Shown here: one piece after another, positions 19,392 through 29,767 of the stretch
Position numbering within the stretch: position 1 is the stretch's first letter
Layout: each line of letters begins with the position of its first letter
Source of the DNA: an uncultured bacterium
GTDB lineage: Bacteria > SAR324 > NAC60-12
NCBI GenBank assembly: GCA_965662235.1
Contig: CBFIGY010000030.1
Span: 1 to 37,755 of the forward strand
Direction: 5' to 3'
Length of the DNA: 37,755 nucleotides
Made by a program: the position numbers and the translations under genes
Notes under the pieces: generated by a model
Seen by the model: only the letters and a program-made list of their open reading frames with translations
What the model was told of the DNA's origin: nothing
Databases searched by the model: none

Positions 19392-20702
19392 ATGAATCTG
19401 AAAAATCTCTTCAAGGGAGCACTGTTGGGTGTTTCCATGACGGCTGCTACGGCCGCTTTTGCCGTCACTGAAATTCAGTGGTGGCATGCTATGGAGGGCA
19501 ACCTCGGTGAGACGGTCAACCAGATCGCCAAGGACTTCAATGCCTCTCAATCCGAGTACAAGCTCACTCCGGTGTTCAAGGGAGGATACGAGGACACCAT
19601 GACTGCAGGCATTGCGGCGTTCCGGGCCAAGCAGCAGCCCCACATCATTCAGATCTTTGATGCAGGTGCCGCGACGATCATCAATGCAAAGGGAGCGGTG
19701 TACCCGGTGCAGGACCTGCTGGCCAAGCATGGCGTCGGGTTTGATGCCAACAACTACATCAGTGGCGTCCGGTCCTTTTATGCCGACAGCACGGGCAAGA
19801 TGGTGGGCATGCCGTTCAACAGCTCCACCCCGGTGATGTACTACAACAAGGAAGCCTTCCAGAAAGCAGGACTGACGCTGCCTCCGGCCACCTGGGAGGA
19901 TTTTGAAAGCCGAGTGGCTCCGGCGCTCAAGGCTGCCGGCTACATTGCCTTTGCCCAGTCGCACAGCCCCTGGATCTTCTCTGAGAACTTCCACTCCCGT
20001 CATAACCTGCCCATGGCGACCAACAACAACGGGTTTGGAGGTCTTGAGACGAAGATCCTCTACAACAACCCGGCGATGGTGAAGCACTGGTCCAAGATGA
20101 AGGAGTGGCAGGACAAGGGATTCTACAAGTACTACGGACGCGCCTGGGGCGACAACCAGAATGCCTTTGTGAATCAGGAAGTGGCGATTTGGTTCGGGTC
20201 CTCGGGCTCCTTCGGGGGACTGAAGAATTCGGCTCAATTTGAGTTTGGCACCACCTACGTTCCTTACTGGCAGTCGGTGACCGACCAGCCGACCAACACC
20301 TTCATTGGCGGCGCGGCACTCTTTGCCATGTCAGGACACAGCGATGCAGAGTACCGCGGTGTGGCCAAGTTCTTTGAGTACCTCACTCAGCCCGAGGTGC
20401 AGTTCTACTGGCACCGGGAAACAGGTTATGTGCCGATCACCAATGCCGCCTATGAGCTGGCCCGAAAGGAAGGCTACTACCGCGACAATCCGGACGCGGA
20501 AGTGGGCATCCTACAGCTGAACCTGCCAGGGGGTGAGTACTCCAAGGGCTACCAGCTGGGCTTTTATGTTCAGGTCCGCGAAGTGATGTATGAGGAGTAC
20601 GACAAGCTCTTTGCGGGACAGCAGGACGCCCAAACGACTCTGGCTCACATTGAGGAAGGAGCCAACAAGCTCCTCGCCAAGTTTGCCCGTACGTATAACT
20701 GA
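19392..20702 (+). CDS. ugpB: sn-glycerol-3-phosphate ABC transporter substrate-binding protein
   Basis: Signal peptide then EIQWWHAM; MPFNSSTPVMYYNK, ENFHSRHN, IGGAALF and TGYVP are UgpB-like; ATG at 19392. Confidence 0.88.
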   Translation: MNLKNLFKGALLGVSMTAATAAFAVTEIQWWHAMEGNLGETVNQIAKDFNASQSEYKLTPVFKGGYEDTMTAGIAAFRAKQQPHIIQIFDAGAATIINAKGAVYPVQDLLAKHGVGFDANNYISGVRSFYADSTGKMVGMPFNSSTPVMYYNKEAFQKAGLTLPPATWEDFESRVAPALKAAGYIAFAQSHSPWIFSENFHSRHNLPMATNNNGFGGLETKILYNNPAMVKHWSKMKEWQDKGFYKYYGRAWGDNQNAFVNQEVAIWFGSSGSFGGLKNSAQFEFGTTYVPYWQSVTDQPTNTFIGGAALFAMSGHSDAEYRGVAKFFEYLTQPEVQFYWHRETGYVPITNAAYELARKEGYYRDNPDAEVGILQLNLPGGEYSKGYQLGFYVQVREVMYEEYDKLFAGQQDAQTTLAHIEEGANKLLAKFARTYN

Positions 20703-20717
20703 TCGTTTGCTGCTTTC

Positions 20718-20739
20718 GACCGGGCCTTCGGGCTCGGTC
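20718..20739 (+). terminator. UUCG-capped stem-loop after ugpB
   Basis: GACCGGGCC-TTCG-GGCTCGGTC, a C(UUCG)G tetraloop hairpin. Confidence 0.6.
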
Positions 20740-20756
20740 CCTTCCTGTGTAGTGTC

Positions 20757-21641
20757 TTGAAACGCGTTACTTTTGCTCACTCACCCATTCCCTACCTGTT
20801 TGTCCTGCCGCAGATCCTCATCATCTCGGTCTTCTTCCTCTGGCCGTCGGTGGAAGCCATCCGGCTCTCTTTTTTTCTGGAAGATCCATGGGGACTCTCC
20901 AACGAATTCGTTTGGTTTGAAAACTACCAAACGCTCTTTGAGGATCCCGAATACCTGGGCACGTTGGTGGCCACGATGGTGTTCTCACTCAGTGTCACGT
21001 TTCTTTCTCTAGGAGGAGCCATGCTCCTGGCGGTGCAGGTGGATGGGCTGCTTCGCGGAGGAGGGACGTATCGTCCCTTGATCACTTGGGCCTATGCCAT
21101 TGCACCTGCCGTTGCCGGGTTGGTGGCGCGGTTCCTCTTCAGCCCTCAGATTGGACCGATCTACGCGCTGCTGAACCCCACGGACCAACCCCCGTGGTTT
21201 GAGCCCACCCTGGATTCTCTGGACGCGTGGGTGGTGGTGACCTCCGGGGCCGTCTGGCGTCAGGTCAGCGTCAACTTCATCTACTTGCTGGCAGGCCTGC
21301 AGTCGATTCCCCGCTCCATCTTGGAGGCCTCCCGAATCGACAATCCGAGTGGCCTGGGGCGCTTCTGGAGTGTCACCTTTCCGCTTTTGGCGCCCACCTT
21401 GTTCTTCCTGATGGTGATCAACTTCAGCTACGCCTTCTTTGAAACCTTTGCCATCATCGATACCGTTTTTCCCTTTGGTCCACCGTCTGGCGCCGCCAGC
21501 TTGGTCTATAAGGTCTATGTTGACGGGTTCAAGGGGGCCGACCTCGGAGGCTCCTCCGCCCAGTCGGTGGTGCTGATGCTCTTTGTCCTGGCGCTGACCG
21601 TATTCCAGTTCCGCTTCATCGAAAAAAAGATTCACTACTGA
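20757..21641 (+). CDS. ugpA: G3P ABC transporter permease
   Basis: MKRVTF..PYLFVLPQ, LAGLQSIP..EASRID and GSSAQSVVLM; TTG start. Confidence 0.88.
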   Translation: MKRVTFAHSPIPYLFVLPQILIISVFFLWPSVEAIRLSFFLEDPWGLSNEFVWFENYQTLFEDPEYLGTLVATMVFSLSVTFLSLGGAMLLAVQVDGLLRGGGTYRPLITWAYAIAPAVAGLVARFLFSPQIGPIYALLNPTDQPPWFEPTLDSLDAWVVVTSGAVWRQVSVNFIYLLAGLQSIPRSILEASRIDNPSGLGRFWSVTFPLLAPTLFFLMVINFSYAFFETFAIIDTVFPFGPPSGAASLVYKVYVDGFKGADLGGSSAQSVVLMLFVLALTVFQFRFIEKKIHY

Positions 21642-21645
21642 TTTT

Positions 21646-22500
21646 ATGAAAGTTCTCTGGAGACGCTATCAGCTCCTCAGTCACCTGTTGCTGATAGGCG
21701 GCATTTTGTTTCTGGCGCTGCCTCTGTGGATGGTCTTTGCGTCTTCCACCCATGAACCGGCGACCTTGATCCGGGAGGGGATGCAGCTGACCCTGGGAGA
21801 GGGACTGCAGGAAACCTACTACAGCGTCCTGACGGCAAAGAAGGGATTCACGGAGCAGATCACCGCAGCCTCCATGATGCTCAACAGCTTCATCCTCGGA
21901 CTCGGGTTTGCGGTGGGAAAGATCATCATTTCTGTCACGGCGGCTTACGCCATCGTTTACTTCCGGTTCCCGATGGGAACCTTCCTCTTCTGGATCATCT
22001 TCAGCACCCTCCTGCTCCCACTGGAGGTCCGCATCATCCCATCGTACAAGGTGGTAGCGGACCTAGGGCTGCTGAACACCTACACAGGCCTGATCGTGCC
22101 CCTGATTGCTTCAGCGACTGGGACGTTCTACTTTCGCCAGTTCTTCCGCTCAGTGCCAGACGAGCTGCTGGAAGCGGCGAAGCTGGATGGCGCCGGCGCC
22201 TGGAAGTTCTTTATCGACATCCTTCTTCCCCTCTCCCGGACCATGTCCGCAGCTCTGTTCATCATCATGTTTGTGGTGGGCTGGAACCAGTACCTCTGGC
22301 CGCTCCTGATGACCACAGATGAGAGCTACGCCACCATTGTGTTGGGCATCAAGTCGGTCATGCAGAACCTCGATGGCTACCGCCTTCCGGAATACAACCG
22401 TGGCTTTGCCTTGGCGATCCTAGCGCTCATTCCGCCCATCCTCATTGTTGTCGTGTTCCAGCGTTGGTTCATCAAGGGACTTCTTGAAAGCGATAAATGA
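21646..22500 (+). CDS. ugpE: G3P ABC transporter permease
   Basis: AYAIVYFRFP, LPLEVRIIP, PLIASATGTF and GWNQYLWPL. Confidence 0.9.
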   Translation: MKVLWRRYQLLSHLLLIGGILFLALPLWMVFASSTHEPATLIREGMQLTLGEGLQETYYSVLTAKKGFTEQITAASMMLNSFILGLGFAVGKIIISVTAAYAIVYFRFPMGTFLFWIIFSTLLLPLEVRIIPSYKVVADLGLLNTYTGLIVPLIASATGTFYFRQFFRSVPDELLEAAKLDGAGAWKFFIDILLPLSRTMSAALFIIMFVVGWNQYLWPLLMTTDESYATIVLGIKSVMQNLDGYRLPEYNRGFALAILALIPPILIVVVFQRWFIKGLLESDK

Positions 22501-23549
22501 CCACTCTACTTCTTCAAAAACTTGAGAAAGTGTACCCCAACGGCACGTGTGCGGTGCAGGGGATTGACTTGGAAATTCCGTCGGGCGAACTCACGGTGTT
22601 TGTCGGACCCTCCGGATGCGGGAAATCAACCCTCCTGCGCATGATTGCCGGGCTGGAAGAAATCAGCTCCGGGACCCTGTTGTTGGACGGACAGCCCATC
22701 AACACCGTTGAACCGGCCCACCGGGACGTGGCCATGGTGTTCCAGAATTACGCGCTCTATCCGCACATGACGGTGCGGCGGAACATGTCGTACGCCCTGA
22801 AAAACCGCAAGGTGCCGGTGGCTGAAATTGAGCGTCGGGTGCAAGCCGCTGCCGAGATGCTGCAGCTGGTGGACCTGCTGGATCGCAAACCATCGCAGCT
22901 CTCCGGGGGGCAACGTCAACGGGTGGCGATGGGACGAGCGATTGTGCGAGAGCCCAAGCTGTTTCTCTTTGATGAGCCGCTCTCCAACCTAGACGCCCAG
23001 CTCCGGGCACAGATGCGGGTCGACATCCGTAAGCTCCAGCGCCAGCTTCAGGTGACCTCAATTTTTGTCACTCACGACCAGGTAGAGGCCATGACAATGG
23101 GAGACCGCCTGGCCGTCCTCAATCAGGGAAAGCTGGAACAAATTGGAACCCCGATGGAGGTCTACAGTCAACCCGCCTCTGAGTTTGTCGCCTCCTTCAT
23201 CGGGTCTCCCCGCATCAATTTGCTCTCTGGAAAAATTGAGCAGGGCGTTCTCCACTTCGACCACTTTCAGCTCTCCGGATTCTCGCACCTTCCGGATCAG
23301 GCTGTACGGGTGGGGCTCCGTCCAGAGGACCTGCAGGTTCAGGCGGAGGGATCGGTCTCCCTCAGTGTGGACCTAGTGGAGGAGCTGGGTTCGGATGAGC
23401 TTCTTTACTGCGAGAGTGCCTCCGGGCAGGACTACCGGCTGCGGCGACCGGGAGGCAGTGGGCATCGGGTTGGAGAATCCCTCTCAGTTGCTGTGGTGCC
23501 TGAAAAGCTGCACCTCTTTTCATCCGTGTCCGGGCAGCGATTGGGCTGA
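22497..23549 (+). CDS. ugpC: G3P ABC transporter ATP-binding protein
   Basis: GPSGCGKS, LSGGQRQR and DEPLSNLD; operon position after ugpE. Confidence 0.9.
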   Translation: MTTLLLQKLEKVYPNGTCAVQGIDLEIPSGELTVFVGPSGCGKSTLLRMIAGLEEISSGTLLLDGQPINTVEPAHRDVAMVFQNYALYPHMTVRRNMSYALKNRKVPVAEIERRVQAAAEMLQLVDLLDRKPSQLSGGQRQRVAMGRAIVREPKLFLFDEPLSNLDAQLRAQMRVDIRKLQRQLQVTSIFVTHDQVEAMTMGDRLAVLNQGKLEQIGTPMEVYSQPASEFVASFIGSPRINLLSGKIEQGVLHFDHFQLSGFSHLPDQAVRVGLRPEDLQVQAEGSVSLSVDLVEELGSDELLYCESASGQDYRLRRPGGSGHRVGESLSVAVVPEKLHLFSSVSGQRLG

Positions 23550-23604
23550 GCCTGGGCTTGCTTTGCAGGCCTTTCTTCTTTCCAAATCCGTGGAGCAACC
23601 GCAG

Positions 23605-24636
23605 ATGCGTACCGTGGTCAATCAGGTCGTTTTTCAGATGGAACCCCCTTCCGCAGAGGACCGCCTTCAGGCGGCGGCCTCTTGGGGAAGCTGGGCCTCA
23701 CATGAACAGTGGATGCAGGCGTGGCCGTGTCTGAACACGGTCGAGGTTCGGCCTCCTGCTGTGCCGACTGAAGCCCCGCAGAGCCTCCGGGTAGGCGCTT
23801 GGAACCTGGAACGCTGCAAGTGGGTGGAAGAGAGCGCTGAGGTGATTCAGGCCTCCGGAATTGACCTCCTGTTGGCAACTGAAATGGACTGGGGCATGGC
23901 CCGTTCCAAACAGCGGCACACCACGCAGGACCTCGCAACGTTGTTGGGGTGGGGGTATGCCTTTGGGGTCGAGTTTGTGGAACTGGGAATAGGGGACCCT
24001 CGGGAAACCCAGGAATTTTCCGGAGTGGCCAATGAACAGGGCCTGCATGGAAATGCCCTCCTCTCGCGCTGGCCACTGCAGAAAGTGCGGCTGATTGCCT
24101 TGGATGAAGGCGGCTTGTGGTACGTGCAGGCGCCTCAACAAGACGGGCAGCACCGGGTGGGCGGTCGCATGGCGGTGGCTGCACAGCTCGAACTGGAGCA
24201 GGGTCCTTTAGTTGCGGTGTCGGTTCATTATGAAAGTGAAAGCAACCCGGAGCAGCGCCTTCTGCAGACGGAGCGGCTTCTGGAACGGCTGAGTCAGGAA
24301 TACGGCCCCGTCCCCATGGTGATTGGAGGCGACCTCAACACCAATCACCTGTCTGCCGCAACCACCAATTCCCCAGACCGGTTGCATCATCCGGAACGGT
24401 GGGAGCCCTGCTTTTCCTGCTTTGCTGACCATCAACTGAGGTGGCAGGAGGCCAACACCGGAGAGACCACCACGCGACGGGGGCCGCATCATTCCGGTGA
24501 GGCCCCGCACCTGAGCCTGGATTGGCTGCTCCTCCGTGGCAGCCAAGGAAGTGCCCCCCATGTTGTCCCAGCCCTCTCGCGAGCAGGTGCCTACCTGTCG
24601 GACCATGAGATGGTGGTCACCCACCTGAGTCTCTGA
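23605..24636 (+). CDS. Endonuclease/exonuclease/phosphatase (EEP) family protein
   Basis: AWNLER, LATEMDWG, HGNALLSR, GGDLN, LDWLL and SDH motifs; start at 23605 chosen because the longer ORF overlaps ugpC. Confidence 0.85.
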   Translation: MRTVVNQVVFQMEPPSAEDRLQAAASWGSWASHEQWMQAWPCLNTVEVRPPAVPTEAPQSLRVGAWNLERCKWVEESAEVIQASGIDLLLATEMDWGMARSKQRHTTQDLATLLGWGYAFGVEFVELGIGDPRETQEFSGVANEQGLHGNALLSRWPLQKVRLIALDEGGLWYVQAPQQDGQHRVGGRMAVAAQLELEQGPLVAVSVHYESESNPEQRLLQTERLLERLSQEYGPVPMVIGGDLNTNHLSAATTNSPDRLHHPERWEPCFSCFADHQLRWQEANTGETTTRRGPHHSGEAPHLSLDWLLLRGSQGSAPHVVPALSRAGAYLSDHEMVVTHLSL

Positions 24637-24769
24637 CGTCCCACTTTCTCTGGCAAACGGGGGCTGCGGCTCTGGGTTTCTTCTTGGGTCGATCCTGCTT
24701 GTGCGGGCGGAAAAGTCAGTCTAAGCTGCTGGAAATGCTTTTCATCGCAACCCGCTGTCAAACCCAACC

Positions 24770-25450
24770 ATGCCTAAATCGACTCCAGATGCCCCCGCCA
24801 TCCTCCGGGGGGCCATTGACCTGTACCTTGAGGCGCCAGAGCACTTCACCATGGCCAAGCTGGCCAAGGAGCTGAAGTGCGACCGTTCCGTCCTCTACCG
24901 GCACTTCCCCAACAAGACCTCGCTCCTACGGGCGTACTACCAGCACACCTTCGACCGTTACCTAGAGTCCTGTGCCGCCACTCCGGATTATGAGACGTTC
25001 CAGTTGGAGGAGAAGCTTTCGCACCTGATCTACACCCACTTGGAGCTGTTTCAGGAGGAGCGTGAGTTTGTGGAGGAAACGTTTGGGAAGCTGGTCTTCA
25101 AGGCGGAGCCCAAGTCCGCCTTTCAAAAAAGCGTAGAGACCCGCATTGCCGAGTTCCTGTCGCATTCGGAAGGAGACGTGGCGATCCTGGGCGGAAAGAA
25201 CGTCGCGGAGTTTCTGACCCAAGAGGCCTTCTACCTCATCAAGTTCTGGCTCAAGGACGACAGCGAGGGCAGTGAGCAGACCATTGAGCTGGCCGACAAG
25301 CTGATCCGTTTTGCATCGGAAGCCCTGCAGCTGCAGGTGGTGAGTCGCGGACTGGAGCTGGGACGGGCCATGCTGGAGAAGAATGTGATCAAGCTCAAAC
25401 CGGAAGGACTCAACCGGGCGGCACTCACCCTGTTGCGGCGGTACACATGA
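24770..25450 (+). CDS. TetR/AcrR family transcriptional regulator
   Basis: FTMAKLAKELKCDRSVLYRHFPNK HTH; FWLKDDSEGSEQT C-terminal motif. Confidence 0.88.
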   Translation: MPKSTPDAPAILRGAIDLYLEAPEHFTMAKLAKELKCDRSVLYRHFPNKTSLLRAYYQHTFDRYLESCAATPDYETFQLEEKLSHLIYTHLELFQEEREFVEETFGKLVFKAEPKSAFQKSVETRIAEFLSHSEGDVAILGGKNVAEFLTQEAFYLIKFWLKDDSEGSEQTIELADKLIRFASEALQLQVVSRGLELGRAMLEKNVIKLKPEGLNRAALTLLRRYT

Positions 25451-26760
25451 GCGACCTCCCCACCAACCGCTTCCTCCGGAGCAGCCGCATCGCCCGGGCC
25501 GGACTGCAGGCCAGCGGCAACTACCTCAGGCACTACGTTGGCAATGCCCTTCCAGGAGACCGCTTCCGGGAGAGCAAGGAAGACCTCAACCGCAAGAACG
25601 CCCTGTCGCTCTTCCGGGAACTGAGCGTCCTTCGGGGCGCCGCCTTGAAGCTGGCACAGGGCCTGAGCATGGACACCGGAGTGCTTCCGCCCGAGTTTGC
25701 CGAAGTGATGGCGAACTCGCAGTACCGCGTTCCGCCCATGAACCGGGCCATGGTCCGGGCCCAGTTTCAGCGCCTGTTTGGGAAGGCTCCTGAGGCCCTG
25801 TTTCAGAGCTTTGAGGCCGAAGCCTTTGCGGCAGCGACGATTGGTCAGGTGCACCGTGCGGAAGCTAAGGACGGGCGCCCGCTGGCGGTGAAGATCCAGT
25901 ACCCCAACGTCCGTCAGAGCATTGAAAGTGACCTTGCACTGGTCCGTCTGCTGGTCTCCCGTCTCTTCACCGGCGAGGACCTAGACGCCCACTTGCAGGA
26001 AATCAAGGAACGCTTTCTTGAGGAAACCGACTACCTCCGGGAGGCGGCGAATCTGAACCACTTCCGGGACTTCTATGAGCACCCCGGCGTGGTGACGCCT
26101 GAATTGGTGGAGGAACTTTCCAACGACCGGGTTCTGACCATGACCCGCCTCGACGGAAGCCACCTGGACGCGTTGCTGAAGACTCAGCCCTCGCAGGAGG
26201 TCCGGGACCGCTACGGGCAGATCCTCTGGGAAGTTTTCCACGACCACCTCCGGCTCCGGCACTTCAGCCTGCATGCCGACATTCACCCAGGGAACTTCCT
26301 CTTCCAGGCCGACGGAACCGTGGGCATCATTGACTTCGGGTGCGTCAAGACCTTTCCGGAGGACTTCCTTGAGTCCTGCATCCGGCTGGTGCAGCACTTC
26401 CTGCTGCAGGACCTAGACGCCTTCCGGCAGCAGTTGATCGGCCTGCGTTTTCTGCAGGGAACCGCTGCCGCTCAGGAACGGGACGACCAGATCTTCGGCA
26501 TCCTCAAGAGCCTGGCGGTGATTGTGGCCCAGCCCTATCAGGCGGACACCTTCGACTTTGGGGACCCCCGTTTCCAGGAACAGCTCAACGCGGTCTTCCT
26601 AGAAGCGTCGACCCTCCGAGAGGCGCGCGGCTCGGCGCACTTCATCTTCTTCAACCGCATCGTCTTCGGCCTGATGTCGATGCTGATGAAGCTTCAGGCT
26701 CGCATTCACACCGGCGAGGCAGCCAGCCTGGTCCGGGAGTGGCCCACGCACCTTTCCTGA
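25447..26760 (+). CDS. ABC1/AarF/UbiB family atypical kinase
   Basis: GAALKLAQ, FAAATIGQVHRA, AVKIQYP, EETDY, HADIHPGN and DFG. Confidence 0.92.
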   Translation: MSDLPTNRFLRSSRIARAGLQASGNYLRHYVGNALPGDRFRESKEDLNRKNALSLFRELSVLRGAALKLAQGLSMDTGVLPPEFAEVMANSQYRVPPMNRAMVRAQFQRLFGKAPEALFQSFEAEAFAAATIGQVHRAEAKDGRPLAVKIQYPNVRQSIESDLALVRLLVSRLFTGEDLDAHLQEIKERFLEETDYLREAANLNHFRDFYEHPGVVTPELVEELSNDRVLTMTRLDGSHLDALLKTQPSQEVRDRYGQILWEVFHDHLRLRHFSLHADIHPGNFLFQADGTVGIIDFGCVKTFPEDFLESCIRLVQHFLLQDLDAFRQQLIGLRFLQGTAAAQERDDQIFGILKSLAVIVAQPYQADTFDFGDPRFQEQLNAVFLEASTLREARGSAHFIFFNRIVFGLMSMLMKLQARIHTGEAASLVREWPTHLS

Positions 26761-26801
26761 CCTGCGGGATGCATCCTGCGAGCGGACACGCGGCCCCGTC
26801 C

Positions 26802-27722
26802 ATGGGGCTGCCGGTCATCCACAACCCCCACTACGACGTCCCGGACTGGGACCAGAAGCATCGGTTTCCGATGAGCAAGTTCACCTTGCTCCGGGAGTAC
26901 CTGCTGCGGGACGGCATCATCCGCAAGGAGCAGTTGCGGATCCCCAACATGGTGGATCGGTTGCTGCTGGAGGGGGTTCATGTTCCCGAATACATTGAGG
27001 CGTTTGTCACCGGAACCTTGGATGCACGGGCCATGCGTCGGATCGGATTTCCATGGACCGTGGCCCTGGTCCGGAGAACCCTCACGGCGGCAGGAGGCAC
27101 TCTGTTGGCAGCCCGGATGGCACTGGAGTATGGCCTCGCCTGCAATTCTGGAGGCGGAACGCACCACGCCTTTCCCGACTTCGGCTCCGGATTCTGCATC
27201 TTCAACGATGTGTCCGTGGCAATCCGACGGCTGCTTCGGGAGGGGAAGGTTCGGCGGGTGCTGATTGTGGACCTGGATGTCCACCAAGGGGACGGAACCG
27301 CTTGGATTCATCAGGAGGAGCCCCACGTGTTTACCTTTTCCATGCACTGCCAGGCCAACTTTCCCTTCCGGAAGCAACAGAGCGACCTGGATGTGCCCCT
27401 GGAGGTGGGACTGGAGGATGAGGCGTATCTGCGGGAATTGGGGATGCGGCTTCCGGACCTGATGACTGAGGTTCAGCCGGATCTGGTGATGTACAACGCC
27501 GGAGCCGATCCGCACGTCGAGGATCCACTAGGAAAGCTGGCACTGACGTCTGCCGGTCTTCTGGAACGGGACCTGCTCGTGTTCCGGACCTGTGCCCAGG
27601 CGGGGGTGCCGGTGGCTTCTGTGATTGGTGGAGGCTACAGCAAGGACATTCCGGCGCTGGCCCGTCGGCACTCACTGGTGCATCAGGCCGCCAGCATCGT
27701 CTTCCGGGAGTTCCACCTCTGA
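26802..27722 (+). CDS. Histone deacetylase family (Zn-dependent deacylase)
   Basis: HRFPMSKF, GGTHHA, GFCIFND, DLDVHQGDGT, GADP..DPLG and GGGY; start codon uncertain. Confidence 0.92.
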   Translation: MGLPVIHNPHYDVPDWDQKHRFPMSKFTLLREYLLRDGIIRKEQLRIPNMVDRLLLEGVHVPEYIEAFVTGTLDARAMRRIGFPWTVALVRRTLTAAGGTLLAARMALEYGLACNSGGGTHHAFPDFGSGFCIFNDVSVAIRRLLREGKVRRVLIVDLDVHQGDGTAWIHQEEPHVFTFSMHCQANFPFRKQQSDLDVPLEVGLEDEAYLRELGMRLPDLMTEVQPDLVMYNAGADPHVEDPLGKLALTSAGLLERDLLVFRTCAQAGVPVASVIGGGYSKDIPALARRHSLVHQAASIVFREFHL

Positions 27723-27724
27723 GG

Positions 27725-29767
27725 CTAAAAGTAGAAGCGAGCCTTTCCGGGGGAGCCACCGAAGTCGTAGGCGCTCCGTTCGTGCTTGATGACCTCCACC
27801 GCCGCCTCCGGAAGCTCTCGCAGAAACCGGGAACGTGCAAACCGCTCGGTCCCGGCGTAGGATGAGGCGATCACCGGGGCTGTGAGCATGAGGTAACGCT
27901 TCGCTCGGGTGAGGGCCACATAGAACAGCCGCCGCTCCTCTTCCAACTGCTCCTCGGTTTCCATGCTCCGCTGATGCGGAAACAGCCCCTCGGTCAGTCC
28001 AATCACAAACACGGCTTCCCACTCCAATCCCTTTGCCTGATGAATGGTGGTCAGGGTGAGGATGTCCTCATCGGCGCGTTCTTCGGCCTCGTGTTCGGTC
28101 ACCAGCTGAGTGCCTGCCAGGGACAGTTCGTTGAGGAAGGACTCCAGCGACCGGTAGCTCGCGGCATACTCCTGAAGGTACGTGACGTCGTTTTCCCGCT
28201 GGGCGGCATTCTCAAAGCTGTTGAAGAGCAGGGTCCGGTAGAACCGGTCATAGAGAATGCGGAGCATGAGGCCTGGTGTGGTGCCGTCTTGAAGCAGCTC
28301 CTGGAAGCAGTCGAGGAGGCTGTTCCAGTCGGCCCGGGCCTTGGCTGGGATGAGCTTCTGCAGGTCGAGGTTTTCTTTGGTCAGGCGGACGGCCTGCTGG
28401 GTTTGGAAAACGTTGAAGATGCGGGAGGCGGTGGTGTTGCCAATGCCGGGGAGCAGCTTGAGGATGCGCATCCAGGAGATCTCATCCAGCGGATTGTGGA
28501 GCACCTTGAGGAAGGCGGTGAGGTCCTTGATGTGGGCCTGCTCAAAGAACTTGACGCCGGAGTGGATGACAAACGGAATCCCAGCCCGGGTCAGTTCCAC
28601 CTGCAGAGTCGCAGACTGGACATGCGTCCGGTAGAGCACCGCCATCGCCTGTAGCGGCACCTCCTTGTCCCGCAGCTCCAGGATGCGGTCGATGAGGTGC
28701 ATGGCCTCCTCTGGAGCATCCCAAAGTTCATGGATGACGGGCTTGTCGCCATGGGGAAGCGTGGTGTAGAGGTGCTTTTCAAACTGCCGGGTGTTGTGAT
28801 TGATGCTGGCGTTGGCGACTTCAAGGATCTCCGGGGTACTCCGGTAGTTTTCTTCCATGCGGAACAGGGTGGCGTTGTAGCGTTCCGGGAAGCCTAGGAT
28901 GTTCCGGAACTCTGCCCCGCGCCAGCTGTAGATCGACTGGGCATCATCTCCCACCACCATCAGGTTCCGGTGAGCCCGGGTGAGGGCGTCAAGGATGCTG
29001 GCCTGCACCTGATTGGTGTCCTGATACTCATCCACCAGCACAAACTCCGTTTGCCGGACCATGGGGAGGGAAGGTCCTTCCCGGAGGAGCAGCTCAAGCC
29101 AGTTTTCCAGCAGGTCATCAAAGTCCATCGCCTGGTTGCGTCGCTTCTTCAGACGGTAGGTCCGTTGAATCTCCAGCAGGGCCTCCAGGTGCTCCTCAAA
29201 GTAGGGATAGTCCCCCTTAACGAGCTGGTCGAGGTGAAAGTGCCGCTCCGGATAAGGGTGCTCCAGCAGCATCTGCGCCGAACACAGCCGGTTGAAGGCT
29301 CCAGAGAAGAGGTCCTGCAGCACCGCGACCTTGGGAAACTGCTTGTTGGGCTTGCCCACCACCTCCGCCAGTGCCGCCTTGAGGAGGTCCTTGGCGTCTG
29401 AGGCGTCGAGGATGCTGAAGTTGCTCTCGTACTGCAGGGCCTTGGCATAGCGTCGCAGGAAGCGACTGCCCATGCTGTGGAAGGTTCCGTGCAGGAGCTT
29501 CTGGTCCTTCGGCAACGCCGCCGCCCGGGCCACCCGAGCAGCCATTTCGTTGGCCGCCTTGTTGGTGAAGGTCAGGAGCATAATGGCGGTGGGAGCAATT
29601 CCCGACTGGATCAAACGCGCCACACGGTGTGTAATGACACGCGTCTTACCACTGCCTGCTCCGGCGATCACCAACGCGGGACCCTCGTGGTGCGCCACAA
29701 TCTTTTGCTGATCCGCATTGAGTGTTTCGGTACCGTTCACAGATACTGGTTCGTTGAGGTTCATCAT
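27725..29767 (-). CDS. SF1A ATP-dependent DNA helicase (UvrD/Rep/PcrA family)
   Basis: AGAGSGKT, TFTNKAA, VDEYQD, VGDDAQSIYSWRGA, TIHQAKGLEW and EERRLFYVALTRA. Confidence 0.95.
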   Translation of the reverse strand: MMNLNEPVSVNGTETLNADQQKIVAHHEGPALVIAGAGSGKTRVITHRVARLIQSGIAPTAIMLLTFTNKAANEMAARVARAAALPKDQKLLHGTFHSMGSRFLRRYAKALQYESNFSILDASDAKDLLKAALAEVVGKPNKQFPKVAVLQDLFSGAFNRLCSAQMLLEHPYPERHFHLDQLVKGDYPYFEEHLEALLEIQRTYRLKKRRNQAMDFDDLLENWLELLLREGPSLPMVRQTEFVLVDEYQDTNQVQASILDALTRAHRNLMVVGDDAQSIYSWRGAEFRNILGFPERYNATLFRMEENYRSTPEILEVANASINHNTRQFEKHLYTTLPHGDKPVIHELWDAPEEAMHLIDRILELRDKEVPLQAMAVLYRTHVQSATLQVELTRAGIPFVIHSGVKFFEQAHIKDLTAFLKVLHNPLDEISWMRILKLLPGIGNTTASRIFNVFQTQQAVRLTKENLDLQKLIPAKARADWNSLLDCFQELLQDGTTPGLMLRILYDRFYRTLLFNSFENAAQRENDVTYLQEYAASYRSLESFLNELSLAGTQLVTEHEAEERADEDILTLTTIHQAKGLEWEAVFVIGLTEGLFPHQRSMETEEQLEEERRLFYVALTRAKRYLMLTAPVIASSYAGTERFARSRFLRELPEAAVEVIKHERSAYDFGGSPGKARFYF

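Noticed and set aside
27725..29767. Defence-associated helicase
   Set aside because: Ordinary UvrD/PcrA motifs, divergent from ftsY, with no nuclease partner
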